From: Phoronis australis
Taxonomy: Eukaryota; Animalia; Phoronida
NCBI GenBank assembly: GCA_002633005.1
Contig: NMRA01000272.1
Location: 309,527 to 373,526, forward strand
DNA length: 64,000 nucleotides
Direction of reading: 5' to 3'
Part shown: one piece after another, positions 22,401-35,200 of the stretch
How positions within the stretch are numbered: position 1 is the first letter of the stretch
Layout of the letters: each line of letters opens with the position of its first letter
The notes under the pieces: generated by a model
What the model was told of the DNA's origin: nothing
Database searches by the model: none
What the model saw: only the letters and a program-made list of their open reading frames with translations
Made by a program: the position numbers and the translations under genes

Positions 22401-25400
22401 TAATGTCCCTTTAATGACCAATTCAAAAGAGCTAAAGGTAATTACAAAGGTAGCACAGAAGAGGATTTGGAATTTTGCACCTACAGCAATTACGCATGTT
22501 CATGCCGTGAATAATACGCTTACACAAAAGTCATGCATTTCTAAAGAGATGCATTACTTTTCACCGCTCATCCTTCGGAGCAGCTTTTACCAGGATCAAA
22601 GAGAGCGTGGCGCCAGGGTTGGACTCAGTTGCGATGACCGCATTGTTCGGTGGGAGCAAGACCTCATTAAGTGTAATTACCCGATCATAAACTGTAGTAA
22701 TCTTCTCTGCCTGTACATACTGGCGAATTTTCAAAGTGCATTAAGTTAGTTTTCGTTAAAAACAAATACCACAGCTGTATTCAGATGGAAAACACAACCA
22801 AGTTTGGTTTTCGATTTTTAAAAATCGATGAACTATTAAGCTAAAAACTACGAACATTGGAAACGATTGAAGATAAACGACTGTGCGTATTGATATACTC
22901 GGTGGATTTTCAAATGCTGATCAGAGTTAACAATATCACGAGAATTAATTCTTTTAATATACAACTAAGCTACACTGTAACATCTATTAACAACACACAG
23001 TGACTAATTAAATGTCAATAACTTTTAAAATACTGCCTATGGTCCAGGGCATGCCTAACTACTTTACTCGAGGAGTAACACACTAACCGGACAACTGATA
23101 TTCGCAGAAATACTCCAGTTTCGATAGTTGGATTGTAGTTGTAAAGGAAAACATCGTATATGAACACAAGAAGATGGATAGCTTTGTAGTAAACGAGGGA
23201 GTGCAAACAGTGGATGAGTTTGGTCGGTGGCAAGAGCTGTCATTTCATTTTTATGACTGAGGAAAAGCTAGAATAGTTATGTAGTTACTGCAACCAAAAT
23301 TCGTCCAGAGGATCCAAATCCTCAGTTTGGCTATCACCATATTTGCACTTTTGTATATATTTTATGATTTGAGTTCTAATAAAGACTGAACTTGAACTAA
23401 TGTCGCGTGTAGTTTTGTTTGCTGTGACCGCATGTTTAGTGTAGCAGTAATCTGGAAAAGTCAGGGATGGGTTCGCAATTTACTGACTTTAAAGTTGTTT
23501 TGATACTTCGTTTAAAAACAAAGTAAAAAGATAACAACCCTATCTGGTAAGAAAAAACAGACAGGAATATTACAAATAAAGTAATGAAAACAGGTATGAA
23601 ATATATTTAAAACCAACCTTCCCTTGGGATCTAAGTGGTCCTTTGTCAGGGTCAACGCAAATTAACTTTTAGTCTTTTTGTAATATCTAAAATGTACCTA
23701 GTTAAATTACTCTCCACATTGCAGGCTTTACTCTGTGCAAATGCCAGGGTGTAATAACAACCATCATTGTTAAGAAAGTAGTGCTTGTTATTACATTCCA
23801 CTTCATTAGCTCAGATCTACATCAATACAAAGGGCGTGTTGAATAGCCATCCTAAAAGTTGTCTGGGGCTTAGGGAACCAGAGCTGTAACCAGTGTAAGC
23901 AAGAAATTCTCCACTACTGCCATTACAACTCTTGTTCTGGCACAGGATGTTACGTAATAATCCCTGTGACTGTCTGATTAGATACATTTCCTTATATTCT
24001 AAAAATAATTTATCTTACTATGCACAGAAATTCTTTATCACCAATCTATTTCTTTCTGACAACAACATAATACCATCAATCTCTTTTGCAGAACATAATG
24101 TTTATTCATACCTTGAAGTATTCTGTTAACAATTTAGAAATATCTGTAAATGCTTCATTGCTTTGTTCATCACATGTTGCACAGCAACACAGCAAGCGAC
24201 ACCTGCAGAAAAAGAGTGAGGTAATTCAGTAAGTCACTTACAGGGGTGCTGCATTTTGAGAACCAGTTTTCTCCACTATATAACTAACTGGTATCAAACT
24301 GATTCTCAGAATCCATCATCCTTGTATTTGAGCATTGCCAGGGGTGATTGCAGTTATCACCAACAAAACCCCAGAGTCATTCTCTCTGTAAGGATAGCAT
24401 CTAGTAAGAGATCATTGTATCCAAAATATTAAGTGTAAGAAGGGTAACCCAAAGATACATTATGCAGAATTATGTCAGCACATATGCCACAAGACAGAGT
24501 GTAACAAGAAGGAATGAAATCCAGTTTGAGGTTGTTAGTCCCGAGCTTTGGAACATCATATCCCAAAAATGAATGATCAGATTCATAATATATGTTTAAT
24601 GCACAGTTCTGCAAACCGCTAACATTAAACTTGTGTTTTTACAATGTTCCAAAGACTACCAAAGATACGACTTTGAAGATTTTTGTGAAGAAACAATCAA
24701 GCTGCATCAAATAGAAATGAAATGACATTTTGAATTTAACTATTAATGGTTTTTTTGAGATATCATTTAGAATATTTATATCAGACACATAAAATTAGAT
24801 CATGTCATCAACACCATCATTTTGCTGTCAATGTATCGCTTTTTTTTTTACTAAATTTCATTTAAAAAACATGGTCATGGGATCCAATTAACAGCAGATT
24901 TGTAAAAAGTAGAAAATTAAATTCTACCGGTCCTCTACTTTCAGAAATGATATACTTAATTGACTTTTACTAACTTAAATTTTCATTTTGAAGACATGGC
25001 AAAACACGCGGATTTGTTGATAACATCCTGCCTAACCTTCATTTTTGGCTGAATGTAGCCAGCCAGCTACTCAGTAGCTGAGTATTAGCACCACAACACA
25101 CTGCCAAAAGCCAGCTATCTGAGTATTAGTATGACTGAGCACCACAACACACTGCCAAAAGCCAGCTAGCTGAGTATTAGTATGACTGAGCACCACAACA
25201 CACTGCCAAAAGCCAGCTAGCTGAGTATTAGTATGACTGAGCACCACAACACACTGCCAAAAGCCAGCTAGCTTAGTATTAGTATGACTGAGCACCAATG
25301 TAGGTGGACCTACCTACACTCCCACATCTTCGACGCCTTGCGAGACAGCACACTCAACTCTCCACTGTCTTGACGCTTGGCATGTGAACGCGGTGTGTTA

Positions 25401-28400
25401 GCTCGTGATCTTCCAGCCGATAACTTTCCAAGTGGGTCGAATGCAATGGCCACCCCAACCAATGTCAGAAACCACATAATCCAACTGTATATGACAACAC
25501 CTTTCACAGTTTTTATCACCGACTCTTTATAACCTTGTGAGTCGGCAAAGCCCCAATACGTGCCCATACTGTTCCATGCAATATCCGGAAACACAAGAGC
25601 CAGTTTGATATACAGCAGTTTTGCCATCCTTTTTCTTGGCCTTACATGTATGACAGTTCCTTGCATTGATGTGTAAGCAATGATAATAGCAACAATTATA
25701 TTCAACGCATGAAGACACAGTGAGCCAATAAAGAATATGTTAAACAAAATGTCATTGTCATCCTGGGGTTTCTCATGGGGGATACTGAACACAATAGCCA
25801 ACACCACTAACCTGCAAGTTAAGTCAAGAGATTAGTCAAACTTAAACATTGCAAATACGGTAACATAAAGTGGCAAATTGCTTTTAATATTAAAAATATG
25901 GGTTCCAAAGAAAAGAACTTTCAAGCAGTTAATGGTTAAATTTGGATTATTCGTAACATAGTATATCTCAAAAGTGGCTGATCGGACTCATATGAAACTT
26001 TCATAAACATGTTTTATGAACTATTCTCCAAAACACTGTCAGAAATTTGATGTTTAAGTATTCCACATTTACATGAAGGGTTATCAGTAATAGGAGTTTT
26101 ACAAGTTTTATTAAAAACTCAGAAGTTGCATAACACAAAGCAACAATTTAAAAACTGTAACAGCATTTTTTTCAGATTTTATCTTGGATATTTCCTTCAA
26201 ACAAAGGTTGGTCATGTTATTATCCTTGACTGTGAATTACCATTTTCCAGTCTTAAAGTTCGGTAATGGTTAGATATAATGTGCTCGAGATTTGAGAACC
26301 AGTTTTCTCCATTGAATAATGGGAATCATACTGGTTCTCAAAATACGGGCACGTTATATCCGACTATTGCCTAAAGTTCAACAGGGCAGTTTTTATCTTT
26401 GTATGTGGCTTGAGCATATTGTGTTATTTTGGTTTAAAAAGCTTCAGTTGTGTCAGTAGGGTCATTAACTTTAAATACTGTGACATTAAAGAGACAATAA
26501 CAACAGAAAGTGGGTTATATAAACCCACCTTCAATCACAAAAACAATGTTTTGATTTAGACCACTTACTGTTATGAAACTAATCGCTAAATTTTCTAAAG
26601 TCAAAATAGAGGTGATTTCATAGTTTGGGAAGAAGTTACAGTTTGTCATTTATTTAAGACAAGGCTTCACAAGTTGGCTTATCACAGACAGTGGGACACT
26701 TTATATTTCATGGACATAATCTTAAGTAATAATGGACTTGTGTAGTTCCTCTAGTTCCAGTGATAATGTCATGGCCTTTAAATGCTTTTCACCAGTGAAC
26801 AAATTGCTCTTTAACTTAACCAGCCATGATGAAATGCCGGAGAACATCTTCTAGTTCTGCCGACTCAACCTAAACACGAAACGTGTCTGTAAATATCAGT
26901 TTACAGGCTCATCCTGCAGGCTTTTTTTTACTGGCGCCCAACTACGGTCCGACCAAAGATGGAGAGACAGGCCTCCTGGAGGATGTTAGTGAAAACAAGG
27001 AAATTAGCACTGCAGATGGCCAACTCTAGTACACTTTCAAATTTGTATGTGAAGGTAAATTCAAGGATGCCAGGAATATTTATGCAATCTAAAACTAGGT
27101 GGCAACCACATTCCAAGAAAGGCAAAAGAGTATTGTGGAAAATTCTACAAATTCCAGTGATGATTTCATGTCCTGTGTCTCTGAACAGCTCACTGGTCTG
27201 CAATTGCTCTTTGGCATGATTCGTTACAACCCCGGAATGACATACTTGAGACTTGCATTCAAGTCTTGCTCGCTCAACAAGCAGATTTTACTTTGAACTG
27301 TCAGTTTTTCAAAAGCCCAAAAACTATTTCTCAGGAATAAGCCAAGAATCAAGATCAGTTTCATAGCTGGTAAGTGATTTAAATCAAGAACTTTGTTTAC
27401 AGAACGTGGTGTTTATTGCCAGGTAACAGACGGATAACTGGGTCCCTTGACTTAAAAGTGGGAGTAACTACTTCTCAAATCACGTTTATTCCCGGGCCCA
27501 CCTATCTGACCACTACATGCTGTCGATTAACAAATTAATCATTAGTCTATTAACAAGTTAATCAAAGTGCTATTAATGAGTGGTACTGTTATTGGTGGTT
27601 ACTGCCCTGCATGGACAATTGCTGTGTGGGACTTACGACAGTGACCACCATCTCTAGTTGGCCTCAGTAGAGACGGTGGTCACTGCCCCACACAGCAACT
27701 TCCAAGAGCTTCATACACCGGAAGCTTTTCGGCGAATTATGGCTCACACTGATTAAAACACAAAAGTCATGTTCTAAAGGCCGCTGATGTCTTTAATTTC
27801 TTCCAATTTGAACAAATAATCCCATAATCAAACTTTTTGTTTGAGTAGTACACTCAGTAGGCCAAATCGGCAACTAGCCATTTTTAAACTGTGCGTGCAC
27901 CTGTTTACGCCTGTGTACATCAGGAGGACACACAGAGTTAAAAAATGGCCATTTGCCAGCCTCAGCAACTGAAGGAAGGACTGCTTGAAGAAAAAAATTT
28001 GATTACAGGAGTATTTGTTAGAGTTGCAAGGAAAAAGAAATCTACGGCCTTCCAAGGTGTCCCTCTAAGCGCAAAAGGTACTTATAACAATGTGATTTTG
28101 GTATTTTAATCAGTGTGTACAATTCGATGAAAATGTTCTGATGTATAAGAGCTATACAGTCTCTACAGGCCAGGTAGAGACGATGGTAACTACTACACTA
28201 GTGTCGTGACGGTGTCATGTTAGGCAATTACATCACCCTGGATGCTGCAGGCATACAGGGGGCGATAGTACATTGCCACAAAAAGTTACGAATTTCACAA
28301 TACAGGAAAAAAAATCAAATGAAACATGCATATATGTACATGGAGTTATAATTAACACATATCATAAGTCTGGAGACGATTCAGTCAAGATAATTTGAAC

Positions 28401-29086
28401 AAATCGATGAAAATCTGTCACAGTTTGTTCGAGTTTCTCTTACCGGGTGCCATTTTGAGGAAGTTACATGAAATCATGCATGTTGACAAAAAATAAGTCC
28501 AAGGGACACAAATCTTACAAATTTCACCTGATACCTTCCCATGCTATTTTTGCAAGTGTCAGGCGCCAGCGTCACGCGCTTCACTCAGTCTTGCGCTAAC
28601 CTTTGCCTAACTCACGTGACTCAGTTGAATTACATTGTGGTTATCGCGCGCGTGGTGAAAAATTTAACGGTGACCAACCAAAAAAAGTGGAGTTGGAATT
28701 CTTCCACAAAGTCACCTTAATTCTCATAACTAAGCTTCATCGAAGATGTGTGCAGAAGTAGAAAGTACCACTGTCACTGAAGAAAGTATGCACTTTTTTA
28801 AATGATAGTTTGAAGTGTGGAATGTATTTTTGATGAGGTAAAAACTCCTAATCGATGGCTGGACTTGGCCTACTGCCCATTAAAATACACGGGACGAAAT
28901 TCGTACAGAAAGCGATGGGAAGTGTTGTAGCCCCTAACCGGTCAACCGAGGGGCTACATGTTGCCTAGTCAGTGTCGTGTGTGTGACTCACCAAGCAGTT
29001 CTCAAAATGACATCTATAATGCCTGGATAAACCAGGTCGTCGCTTCCAATTCCCCATCTTCTGTTAAAGGCAACAAGTCCAGGCAT
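10470..29086 (-). CDS. DAGLB: Diacylglycerol lipase beta-like, 12 coding exons, about 707 aa
   Basis: Exons in transcript order: 29086-28992, 25811-25314, 24202-24112, 21166-20829, 20201-20081, 19563-19480, 17490-17332, 16921-16794, 16440-16299, 15716-15579, 11707-11601, 10692-10470 (2124 nt, in frame). N-terminus MPGLVAFNRRWGIGSDDL, hydrophobic TM block, DLVPTDIAAGL, SIRGTLS, lipase GHSLGAG, catalytic Asp (GRDVIPR) and His (MITDHMP). The short C-tail indicates beta rather than alpha. Confidence 0.93.
13437..14344 (+). mobile_element. Pearl/HINE (non-autonomous Helentron)-like element
   Basis: 5' end AACAAGAGC..ATATGTGCACAC, degenerate internal repeats with GCCACTAG-type cores, and a 3' hairpin ATGTGCACACACATTTATATGTGGATGCAT followed by AAAA. 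Relatives near 38172, 43420 and 46824. Confidence 0.65.
14541..15200. mobile_element. Non-autonomous TIR element
   Basis: Inverted pairs AGGAAAGTTC / GAACTTTTCCT and TTTTAGATTAACTGGATACCATTT / AAATGGTATCCAGTTATCTAAAA; right end followed by TTAA. Confidence 0.7.
18049..18850. mobile_element. PIF/Harbinger-like non-autonomous element with TTA TSD
   Basis: TIRs GTGCTGTTCCAGCAAAATCTGTATGGGAGGGGGG and CCCCCCTTCCCACACGGATTTTACTGAAATAGCCC; TTA on both sides. Confidence 0.75.
21877..22410. mobile_element. AGGGACATT-TIR element (TTAA target, Kolobok/piggyBac-like), copy 1
   Basis: AGGGACATT...AATGTCCCT-TTAA; its 3' part aligns by eye with 61780-61914. Confidence 0.7.
24248..24316. mobile_element. 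Degenerate core of the 110-bp hairpin MITE family
   Basis: GCATTTTGAGAACCAGTTTTCTCCA...AAACTGATTCTCAGAAT, similar to the copies at 8116 and 26262. Confidence 0.65.
25062..25297. repeat. 51-bp minisatellite, about 4.5 copies, next to the DAGLB exon 2 donor
   Basis: Unit GCACCACAACACACTGCCAAAAGCCAGCTAGCTGAGTATTAGTATGACTGA, near-perfect copies. Confidence 0.95.
26262..26371. mobile_element. 110-bp hairpin MITE, second full copy
   Basis: GGTAATGGTTAGATATAA...TTATATCCGACTATTGCC with TAAAGTTC on both sides. Confidence 0.82.
27639..28192. mobile_element. TIR element family A (subterminal CCATCTCTA..TAGAGACGG hairpin)
   Basis: Left arm ..CCGGAAGCTTTTCGGCGAATTATGGCTCACACTGATTAAAA is mirrored by TTTTAATCAGTGTG..AATTCGATGAAAATGTTCTG..TAGAGACGATGG; related arms at about 29575-29670 and 59920-60040. 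Confidence 0.7.
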
Positions 29087-29259
29087 TTGTGTAATCACAC
29101 ATACCAAACTAACGAACTTTAAATAGAATGAAAAGTGGTTAATTCTGAACTACAAGACGTCTGAAGATGCTCGTTTGCTCCGTTTCCTGGTTTGCTTGAA
29201 GGTGAAGGTCATGAGGTTATTGTTTTATCATCGTCCAACAGAAGGCGTAAGTTTCCTAA
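29087..29259. promoter_or_regulatory. Bidirectional promoter region shared by DAGLB and POLG2
   Basis: Only 173 bp between the divergent ATGs. Contains GAACTACAA, an ETS-like TTTCCTGG and AGGTGA-AGGTCA-tg-AGGTTA half-sites (29200-29219). Confidence 0.75.
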
Positions 29260-32200
29260 ATGGGTCAACATGTTCTGAAAAAAGTTGGTGACCTTTGCTC
29301 AAAGCATGGCTTATTTAAAGAGATTCCTGTCGGCGAAAACAGATGGTCTGTACTGTATGGCCCCTTAGGTGCATTGCTGAGGCGAAATTTGATCGAAGAG
29401 TGGTAATTTCGAAGACTTACAGTGCTACATTACACGAGACTCACCTACTGTCACTAGTGTAACTAGGACACTGTTTCGTGTTTCGTGAACTCGGAATTTT
29501 GCTTAATCTCTAGATCGTGTATGCGAACGCATACGTGATCTTGAGTTTAAGCTGGATAATTAGGAAGTTCACGCACAGCATCTCAACTGACGCAGTAGAG
29601 ACGGTATTCATCCATATGCCGGAAGGTTTTCAGCAAATTATGCCTCACACTGATTCACCAACTTCATGTTGCTTTGTATTTATAATGGCGTAGAGCCAAA
29701 GGAGCTGTACGTGAACACGTGAACTTGGAATAGGCAAGGCTACTTGACAAGTTCACTCAAATAATCACGTTCATGTTCATAAAAATTTGCACTGCACGTT
29801 ACATGTGAATAAACATGCACCATGCAGCTTTTAATATGGGGGGGCTCGAATTTCTGGCAATGTGGACCTTTTGTTGACAAAAAAGTAGTGGGACTAAAAA
29901 AACAGGGTACCACCTTCAGAACTGTGTGTCTACGCCTTTTTACTGAACTGTTGTCTCGTTTTCTCGGAGGTCTCTCAGAGGTGGACCTTTTTGCCCACTT
30001 CTCCAATGGGGGGGGGGGTGGGCTCATTCGAGCCCCCTGAGCCCCCCTGGGTGCACGCATGATAAAATAATGTCAGTTTTAACCAACCTTTTCAACTACG
30101 GGCAATCAGTTTCATCAAACAATAATCGATTTAGCCATTCACATTCCTCTGGTTCAGCGACACAAGTTACGGCTATATTAGAAAATAATAATTATTACAG
30201 AAATTCTTTTTACCGAACAAAAATTACATTTTTTGCCTTAAAGAATATTCAATTTCAAGTTCACGCATACACGATCTTGAGATTAAGCAGGATTCCAAGT
30301 TCACGCACACCACAGGACTGGAACAAATGCTCTCGCAATCAAATTTTTTTCAAACAGTCCTTCGTTTAGTTGGCCAAATTGGTAATTTTTCCATTTTTTC
30401 ACTGCTCGCACCACGGGATATGACATCATGTGATGATCTGGGTAGAAAGTGAGTAAAACAAAACCTTGTAGAAAATTAATGGCATTGAAAGCTGTTTTCT
30501 TCCTTGAAATAAGCTTATTTGGTTAGTGGAAGGAATGCCGTTAGTACGTTATTCCACTGTTAATGCTCGGGAAGCAATCCACTGTTGTTCTTTTTTCGCA
30601 AGATTACGCATAGTTCACAGCAAATTACCAACAGCGACTGCACCCTATTAGTAGTTTTGAGTACATTTTTACCAGTGAACTGAAATTCAGAGGAAAACTT
30701 GCTTTGGTAAAGTTGTGATCATCTCCCAAAAGATGCCACTTTACAGACTCAAAATTCAGGCAAATGACACGTGCATGTGTCACAAGGGTACTGATTTGAA
30801 ATTGACGTCTGACTTTTCTTAGTTATGGAAGTGAAGTAAAAATGATGTTCATCAGATTGTGTTTCTTTTAGGTGTCATTTGAATGTCTGAGTTGCAAAAA
30901 CCAAATTGTTTACTAGGTGTGCCCTGGCATTCATTCATGTGTAGCTAGCTTGTAAGACGAAGCACAGCTAGTGAGCGATGTGGGTAAAAAGTTCGCAATT
31001 TAAGTAGTTCAATTTTTCATCTCGCCACAACTTTATTTGTGGACCTTTGACAATGAAATTTACATCAAAATGCATACGTTTTTGCAACTCCAACTTACAA
31101 ATGACACCTAACCTTGATGTTACCAGATTTTCAACATATTATTGAGCATTTTTAAATTGGTAACAAACCTATGCCTTCTGTCAAACATCAATTTTGGGTT
31201 TTGGTCACTTATTCCATAGGTGGATTCAGGGAGGTCAAGGGTGTCCGGACCCACTTTTTCCCCTTGATTTTAGTGATATCAAATCTAGAATTTTCAAATT
31301 GTTGACTTGGACCATCCTTTTTAAAAAATCCTTGATCTGATCCCCCTTTTAAATAATCCTGGATCCGCCCCTGTATTCTTATAAAATCAGTCTAATCTTG
31401 TTCATTGCTCAGGTTAGAAAGGAAGGATTTCTGGGCTTGAGACCTTGCCCATTTAGTTGATGGCCACTGTGGGTTAGTTTTAGTTGCGAAGAGAGTATGG
31501 CCATGGAGATGGGACTAAAATTTAGACAAAAGACAAGAACAGGATGATGTTGTTTTGGAAGTATGTACTTCTAACCATGGTTAGTAGCGCTTTTTAAGCG
31601 TGTGTTACTAATTCAGCGTGACGAAGATGATGTGCATCTTGAGAATCGCATAAATTGAAAAGATTCGCCTATCAGTATGTATTAAAGACACTGGCCCCAA
31701 AAAGCAGTGGACCGGTGCTTGGTATGGGTATATTAAAATAGTATTTGTGCCTTTAGAAACTCAATTAAAAGACATTAAACAAAGGCTATGTGATTGAATT
31801 ATGCTACCCTGCACTGTAGTCTTAAATAGTTTAAATATATTGATATCAAATTTGAGTAGTTTAAAATATTAACATGTTTCTTCGCAGGTGGCAATGGACA
31901 ATTACAAGACAGAATAATGTTTACAGTGTTGAAGCTTCAAGTACATGTCACTGTTCTTCAGGTTCTGCTATGTTGTGTTTGAACTCGCTTACATTCCAAG
32001 GTTAGTTTAATTTTAAATTTTTTCTATTATTGTTGTCAAATATATACATCGCATCGTTTCCAAAATGTCTCTGCTGTACTTATTTGGTAGGATTATTGTT
32101 ATAAAATTTTGTTTTAGTCTGGACTAAACCGTTTGTATGAACATTAGTAATTGTTGTTGTCATTATTATTTGATAGTGTATATGTCAAGTCAGTTCACCA

Positions 32201-35200
32201 CAATGTTGACTCCATGTTTGAACTTTGTCATTGCTGACTTCGTTTTCAAGGTACTGGACAGGCAGAAGTTTCAAAGGCAGTGAGACAAGATGCACCGTTT
32301 GGTGTAGCCCAGCTAAGGAAATGTCAAATAAGCGATTGTAACCATAAAACCAAACTTCCCCAAGAGCTCATCAGGTAACCATTATCACACTAGATCACTG
32401 AAGCAGAAATTGAAAACTGGCACCAATCATGTATATCATTCTGAAAGCCTGTGATCGTACCAGCAATGCCTGTTTGTTTTATATTAAATCAAAGGAAAAT
32501 GATGAAAAGAGATTAGTGTTTAATTAAATCGTACTGGTGTCTTTCACCTGTTAATTAACTGGTCAAATTTGAAATGTTGCCTGGTCAGTCTAAAGATGCT
32601 TATACAATGCTTAGTCATCGCATTGCTCGGCCTATGGGTTTGTATGTAAATGAACTCGGGGGTTCGCTTCATGAAATTTTTTGGTCTTAACTCAGACCGA
32701 AATCAGGCCAACTTTAGGCTGACAATTAGCCAGCTACTGAGTAAGGTAAAGATTGGTCTAAATAACCAAAATTGCCTTCTTTGTATAAAATGTTGAAGAA
32801 CAAGTTTTACAACCTATTGACTCCAAACAATGTCAAATTGAAGATTGCCTGCTTTGAATTCGAGAACCAGTAAAGGACAGCAGAGACAATATAGTGCGAC
32901 CTACCTGCACATCTACCAGTCATACCAGGGTCTTCTCAAGTAAATGAGACCACAATTACATCCAAAATGTTGTAAATAAATCCTTAATTATAGTTTCAAG
33001 ATCAATATTATATTTGAAACTGGATTTTGCACATCACCTTGCTTAGTTTTGTGGATACGCAACAGTTGGTGAAAGCAGTATCCTCTCCTATGTCAAAAAC
33101 CAACTAATTTGGGACGGACTAAAAACCAAGTTACTTAGTGTTCGTGAAACCGTCTTTTCTGAATTTTCGTCTTCGGTCTTAACTTAGCCTGAATTTCGGT
33201 CTTAACCTAGAAAAATTTTTGTTTTAAATCTTATTTCACTTTTCACGGAACAGCCCCTGGTCCTAATTCAGTTTCTGTCGTCATTGCTTCTAATTTGACT
33301 TTGCGTTTTGCAGATTTTGACAAGTTGTAATTTGCAATTTTCTATTCTCATGCAATGTATTTGAGAGAAATATCCTTTTTAAGTTTCCCTTTCACAGATT
33401 GATCTGTGTACTGCAGGTGTGCGGATGAAACCCTCATGAGTTTGTCATACTTCACAACAACATCCTCGATGAACCAGGACTTTGACTATTGGCAGCGTGT
33501 TCGACTTAAATGGTGGAAACGGGTAACAACTTTTAGGAGTTATGAACCTGGAGTAATTGCTACGCATGTACTTGTGTGAAGAAAATGTATTTTACTTTGA
33601 GTTATAATCCATACATTCTATTAACATTTCTTAATAGTCAGAATAAATTTAGGACTCCATAAAGACTGTTTTCTACAATATCCATAGAAATTAAGGACTA
33701 TTAATCTTGTGTCTAATTTGTCTCCTTTTCAGTATGCTTGTTCACCGGCCCAATTTTCTATTGTCAATGTTGATCACTGCGACAAGGCACTGCAGAAGGT
33801 AGCCATACAGTACAAGTGTCCATGGGGTCCAGTATCTATTGAAACTATTACTCATCATAAATCATTACAGCAGGTATATTTATTGTGTAAATGTTGATAA
33901 TATTACCCTAAAGTCTCACCAGTTTTATTCACAATATGGCCGACAAGCGAAGTTTTATTTTACAATTTGTTTCGCGAAACATGCGCTCACCATCAAACAA
34001 AGACTTGGAAAAATTGTGGGCATTCGCAACAATGTTAGATGCCTTTGAAAAAATGATATTTTTGGCAATTATTTTTGTCTGAAATTAGTGAGATTTATCC
34101 ATACCATGCTGTGCTTCGATATTTGGTATGGTCATTTCTCAAACATTTGTGATACTAATAGTCGGTGCATCATCCCTGAAGCACAGCATTTCTGTCTAAT
34201 AGTTTGTACAGTAGATGTCTGAGGAAAAAAAATTCATACACATATCAGTTAGCTCTGGTCGATCCTGAATAAATTCATGCTTGTGCGTACAGTTATTAAA
34301 ACAAAAAGAACTGTCAAGGACATTGATGAAACCTGCCAATGCCGGTTTGAGATACAGTAAGTGAAAAGCAATCTGTGACTTGCACTTTTTTATTTCTTCA
34401 ATATGATACAAAAACATTTGAGTAATGTTTTGCCAATCAGTGATACACAATTAGGCCAACAGTTGGAGGTTCACTAACGTGTTCTTAGCCTGTTGAACAC
34501 AACAAATAAGGATGAGTGAGATAAATTTGTCAGGCTGAGACCACTTTTCATCTGGGATATGTACAAGTTGAGAACAGTCTTATAATAGCAAGTGGTCTAT
34601 AGATCGAGTGTACATTACCCTGATGGAACATGGGTTGGTATCTGCGCTATGTTACAGAATAAACTTGTACTGGTCTAGGTGAGGGTGAGACACTGTTTAG
34701 CGTACGGACGCATACAAATTCTGTTCAGTTCTCTATCCAATAGTGGGGTTATGTACGTGTTATGCACGTAGTGCAAACTCAGTGGTTACACCCAAGAACA
34801 CAGATTGGCCCCCCAATGGTGAGCCTCTGTAAACACTGTCTGAGGATTATCTCATGTCCGAGTCCAAAACTCTGCAGGTCGGACCAATTCATATGGTGAA
34901 CAAATGGTGCAAATAGTAAGGACCAGAAATCAGACACTTTGTGCGGACTCTTTTCATTTATCAAAGTATTCATTTGTCAGCCATTGTATTGTTCTTCCTC
35001 TAGAACATATCTGGCATTCATTATATATTTATCTAAGGTCTAAATTCGTTATTGAGTGTTATAAATCGTATCCTGTCTTTCACAGGAACAGGGTTCTGAT
35101 GAGCTGGCATTCCCTGTTGTAATCCATTCATGTACGTCACTAGAAACCTGCTTGTTTGTATATTTGGTTGATTGTTTTGAAGAAAAAGCACCGCTGTCTT

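Noticed and set aside
26928-27296. Overlapping short ORFs in DAGLB intron 1
   Set aside because: No recognisable domain and no consistent splice signals.
33391-33416. Alternative POLG2 acceptor at 33397
   Set aside because: 19 nt upstream of the in-frame acceptor at 33416, so it would shift the frame.
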